This document shows, piece by piece, positions 60,521 to 64,000 of a stretch of 64,000 nt of DNA (position 1 is the first letter of the stretch; every line of letters starts with the position of its first letter). A program made the translations under genes and the position numbers. This DNA comes from Squalus acanthias (lineage: Eukaryota): the NCBI GenBank assembly GCA_030390025.1, contig CM059427.1, forward strand, positions 57,164,001-57,228,000, given 5' to 3'. Under the pieces are notes generated by a model that was given only the letters and a program-made list of their open reading frames with translations, searched no databases and was not told the origin of the DNA.

Positions 60521-61547
60521 CAAAAATATACGATTATTTTTGTTAAATGTTGAGACACACTGAATCCTCCACTAAAAAGCACAATAAGGCTAAAATCTTG
60601 TAGGCGTCTGTAAGAAAATACTAATCTTTTCAGTTCTGATTCCTTATTAAAAACAATAATTTACAGCAATTGCAAGTCTGGAATACAGGCCTGTATTTTC
60701 AAATTGGCAAATTTATATTGCTCCTCCCACTCTCAATGGATTGTTTCACTGACAAGATCTGGATTCAGCTGTGCTGTTAACATTATCTGTTCCACATATG
60801 GCGTTGTCCAGTGGAACAGTTCATACAGAAAGAGGAATACATCATTACTGAGACCATAACACTTAAGGCATAAATTCCAAATGCTGAAACTAATAAGGAT
60901 CCCATTAACTTCAGCAGTTATCAAGTACTTTCTCAGGGTAGGCATTTAGTTTCAGATCTCTTTTTCTTCCTTTCTCAGGATTTGACTTCACTGGCGGCTA
61001 TTACCATAAGACTGATAAGAAATATTATAATGGCTTTAGTAACCAAAGAACTAGCAATAGGTAGGAAGTGACAAAGCTATGTTTCATGATATAATGTAGT
61101 CTTCCTCAGAGAAACATTCAAGATCAACCACTTTGTAATAAGACCACTAACAGTAGTTTTGTAGACAAGTCATGAGGTCTGATTTTTTGTTGTTGTTGCT
61201 ATATTGGTTATCTGCTATCTTGATTATATGGGCAGCAGTAAGGGGTCAGTTTGGTTCTGTAGGCTTGAGTCTACTCCTTCAATGAATCCTCTAAATTGAT
61301 GGTTGCGGAATTTTCATCTTTTGTATATTGCTGGGTTTTTGTGGAGGGTTGGGACTTCATTGGCCATTTAAAGAAAATTGTGAACTCCCGCATCTGACTG
61401 GAGTGACAAGAAAATGATAATAAAACAAATGGGTGGAGCAGAACAGAAACAACAGATGACAAAAATGAACAATATCTGATTAAAAAATGAATGGTAACCT
61501 GCTGAACTGAACCTGAACGTGCAGGAAATCATTGGGGCTTTACAGAG

Positions 61548-61840
61548 ATGGCAGCACATATGATGACATTGTGGGTAAATGTACCACCGTGTGGGGCTGA
61601 GACACACAGGCCAGGAAAATCCCAGGTTAGACCACTGGTCTGTGCTGAGTTAGCTGGTCACTGCTGGGGAGGCAGAAGGGTTGCTACAATTGGCCTAAGT
61701 GTTCCTGGGCGAAGAAGGGGAACCAGCAGCCAGTGAGAAATATTTATAGATGTCAAGTGAGGGCTGTGATGCCCCTTTTGGTCAAATAACCTGATGACTC
61801 CTGCTGTCTAGACTTGCACATGTAGAATATTCACTTGGGT
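61548..61840 (+). mobile_element. Old tRNA-derived SINE
   Basis: GGGTAAATGTACC...CCAGGAAAATCCCAGGTTAGACCACTGGTCTGTGCTGAGTTAGCTG; related to 6143 and 51545. Confidence 0.6.
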
Positions 61841-61869
61841 GAAGTCCAAACTGGCATTGATGTGACCAA

Positions 61870-62046
61870 ACCCCAACGTAAGTCCGTGCTTTTACCAGCG
61901 TAAGAGTTTCGTGGGCATTCGCTGGGCAGTAGTTGGGCAAATAGCAAGTTCCGGGTTTTCGCACATGCGCATTGCACGCGGAAACCCAGAACTTGCGGGG
62001 CACTTACGACCTCGTATGCGGTCATAGGGCCCGGAAGATCCGGGCC
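61870..62046. mobile_element. Right part of a CpG-rich Harbinger-type MITE
   Basis: Ends GGAAGATCCGGGCC followed by ATT; internal hairpin GCAAGTTCCGGGTTTTCGC...GCGGAAACCCAGAACTTGC; CGTAAG/CTTACG repeats. Confidence 0.6.
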
Positions 62047-62085
62047 ATTATGTACGAGTGGATTGCCTGTGTCATTGCACATGAG

Positions 62086-62154
62086 GGGGGTAATTTATCC
62101 TGCTAATTCACTATCACACGTTTTACACTATCGCACAAAGTCAAAATTACCCCC
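62086..62154. mobile_element. 69-bp mini-MITE
   Basis: Perfect TIR GGGGGTAATTT / AAATTACCCCC with GAG target duplication. Confidence 0.8.
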
Positions 62155-62159
62155 GAGGA

Positions 62160-62711
62160 GTCGAGACCAAGTGTAGTTGTCAGGTGAAGCAGGGTTAGAG
62201 GTCAGGGATAATTGGACCAGTGTGTGCAGATATAATTCAGTCCCAATTTTAAAGTTGTATATTCTATCCTTATTTTAATCTTTCAATCATAAATTCCTAT
62301 CTCCATATTTATGATGGAAACTGCCTGTATAAACTTGTCACACTGTAATTACACCCTCCTGCCAGTGATGACACTGCACGACAAGCTTACAAAGGCAGTT
62401 TCCATTATAAGTCTGAATATCGGAATTTAAAATGGAAAAGTTGAAAGGAAGAGTGTGCATATGTAAGATTCTTAATATATTACTAATCAATCTCCCATGG
62501 TGTTGACGAATAGTATAGCCTTCAGGTGAAGCAGGGTTAGAGGATAGGAATATTTTGACAAGGGCATGCAGACATAATTCAGTCCCCATTTTAGAGTGGT
62601 GCACTCTGTCCCTATTTTTATATTACTATTATAAATTCATAAGCCCATATTTATATTGGAAACTTCTTATGTAAATATTCACACTGTAATTACATTCTCC
62701 CACCAGTGATG
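62160..62711. repeat. Diverged direct duplication, ~342-bp period
   Basis: CAGGTGAAGCAGGGTTAGAGG at 62181 and 62523; ATAATTCAGTCCC, CATATTTAT, TGGAAACT, CACTGTAATTACA and CCAGTGATG follow in register. Confidence 0.9.
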
Positions 62712-62766
62712 GTGCTGTAGTATCTCCACAGGAGCGAGAGTGTCCTAAATGCATGACAATTTTGCA

Positions 62767-63084
62767 TGACAGAAGGAGGCTCCATGAATATCCCCATCCT
62801 CAATGATGGTGGATCCCAGCACATAAGTGCAAAAGACAAAGCTGAAGCATTTGCAACCATCTTCAGCCAGAAGTGCCGAGTGGATGTTCCATTTCGGCCT
62901 CCTCCAGTGGTCCCCACCACCACAGAAGCCAATCTTCAGCCAATTCGATTCACTCCACGTGATATCAAGAAATGGCTGAGCACACTGGATACAGCAAACG
63001 CTGTGGGCCCCGGCAACATCCTGGCTGTCGTGCTGAAGACTTGTGCTCCAGAATTAGCCGCGCCTCTAGCCAAGCTGTTCCATC
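62767..63084 (+). mobile_element. Internal ORF2 fragment of a CR1-group LINE (probably the Zenon-like family)
   Basis: KDKAEAFATIFSQKC...LDTANAVGPGNI...LKTCAPELAAPLAKLF (pre-RT KA.GPD region); TTGCA on both flanks. Confidence 0.85.
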
Positions 63085-63127
63085 TTGCACAAAGATACAT
63101 GTAACAAATTAAAACAAATAAATAGTT

Positions 63128-63673
63128 TTACACCTGACAAAAAGAGAAATATGTAGAACATTGCAGAATTTGGAATTTTATGAAACTGATCCTAAAGATA
63201 CAATACAAACAACTGTATGTAAAAGTGAAGGTCGTTGCCTGAGCGAGCGTGATAGAGATGCATAGGCACAAATATATTGCTGATGCATTTAATAGTATTT
63301 CCTGATAATCTTGGAAAGTCATCAAACTGATGTTATCAAGCAGTGTACCTAGCAATATCTGGACTTTGTTTAATTTCCTTCTCAGATAAAGCTGTTTGTC
63401 ATAGTTGTCCAACCCAGAATGTAGGTGGGGAGAGTACATATTAAATAGTCTTGAAGGACGAAAGTATTCAGACAACATCCTCACCTCAACATCCGCTTCT
63501 TTTAATAATCCTGTAGCGTGCGAAAAAAAAGTCTGTCAAAAATATACGAGATTGCTATTGAGAAGGCAGCTAGGTGATGATTCAAATCAGTTCTTCTATC
63601 TACTATGCAAAACAGACAACTCAGCTTCTACCTTTCTCAACCATTCTTTTACATTAGCGTAATTACCACTCAT
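63128..63673 (-). pseudogene. Unidentified interrupted reading frame (182 codons, 3 internal stops)
   Basis: ATG at 63673 preceded by TATAAAATA; MSGNYANVKEWLRKVEAELSVLHSR*KN*FESS...F*QTFFSHATGLLKEADVEVRMLSEYF... stays in frame with ORF 63128-63484. Confidence 0.35.
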
Positions 63674-64000
63674 TATTTTATAGTGTAGCCAATGCACAAT
63701 TGCTCAGTTTCTTGTAGACTTGCTCAGTCGTTCTTTCGTGTGTCATGGATTAACTGCATTAGCATTACGCGCTCGAAGCAAGGGAGCTGAGGATCGATTA
63801 ATTTCCTCAATAAAATCCCGGGGGGTGAGCTCCGCGAGGGAAGCCCTATCGCGACACCTTTGGAGTCGGGGCAACAGGAAGGGTTTTTTTTTAATAATTT
63901 GTTTTAAAACTTATCGTTAGTTGGTGGCTGTTGGGGCCCGATGCCTGCCCCACTCATCAATAACTAATTTTGTAAAGGGTTCCTTGAACAGGCGTTAGGC

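Noticed and set aside
62200-62710. Immunoglobulin-domain repeat in the duplication (LQC...YIC/YVC)
   Set aside because: Cys spacing is short, the core Trp is missing and stops interrupt the frame.

Overview
Vertebrate genomic DNA, most likely a shark or other cartilaginous fish, judged from its repeat content (HER1-like CR1 LINEs, L2, SacSINE1-like DeuSINEs). It is almost entirely intronic. The only convincing host coding sequence is a 106-nt + strand exon (59114-59219) encoding part of a RhoGAP domain of the ARHGAP9/12/15/27 subfamily, best fitting ARHGAP15, so the upstream intron is probably >59 kb. The rest is a nested mosaic of LINE 3' fragments (CR1, Zenon-like CR1, L2), tRNA-derived SINEs, many PIF/Harbinger derivatives (decayed DDE transposases, Myb/SANT partner genes, palindromic MITEs with 3-bp TSDs), one hAT MITE and AT-rich repeat-poor stretches that resemble conserved non-coding elements. 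The most notable signal is a short Penelope-like terminal repeat present 7 times that carries a minimal type I hammerhead ribozyme (CUGAYGA-stem II-GAAACGUU). Four cores are intact and six of seven copies are antisense to the host gene. The single sense copy is locked in a spacer-less inverted repeat with an antisense copy. An unexplained 182-codon interrupted reading frame and a ~342-bp-period duplication lie at the right end. Family assignments come from motif recognition, not database searches, and boundaries of old repeats are approximate.
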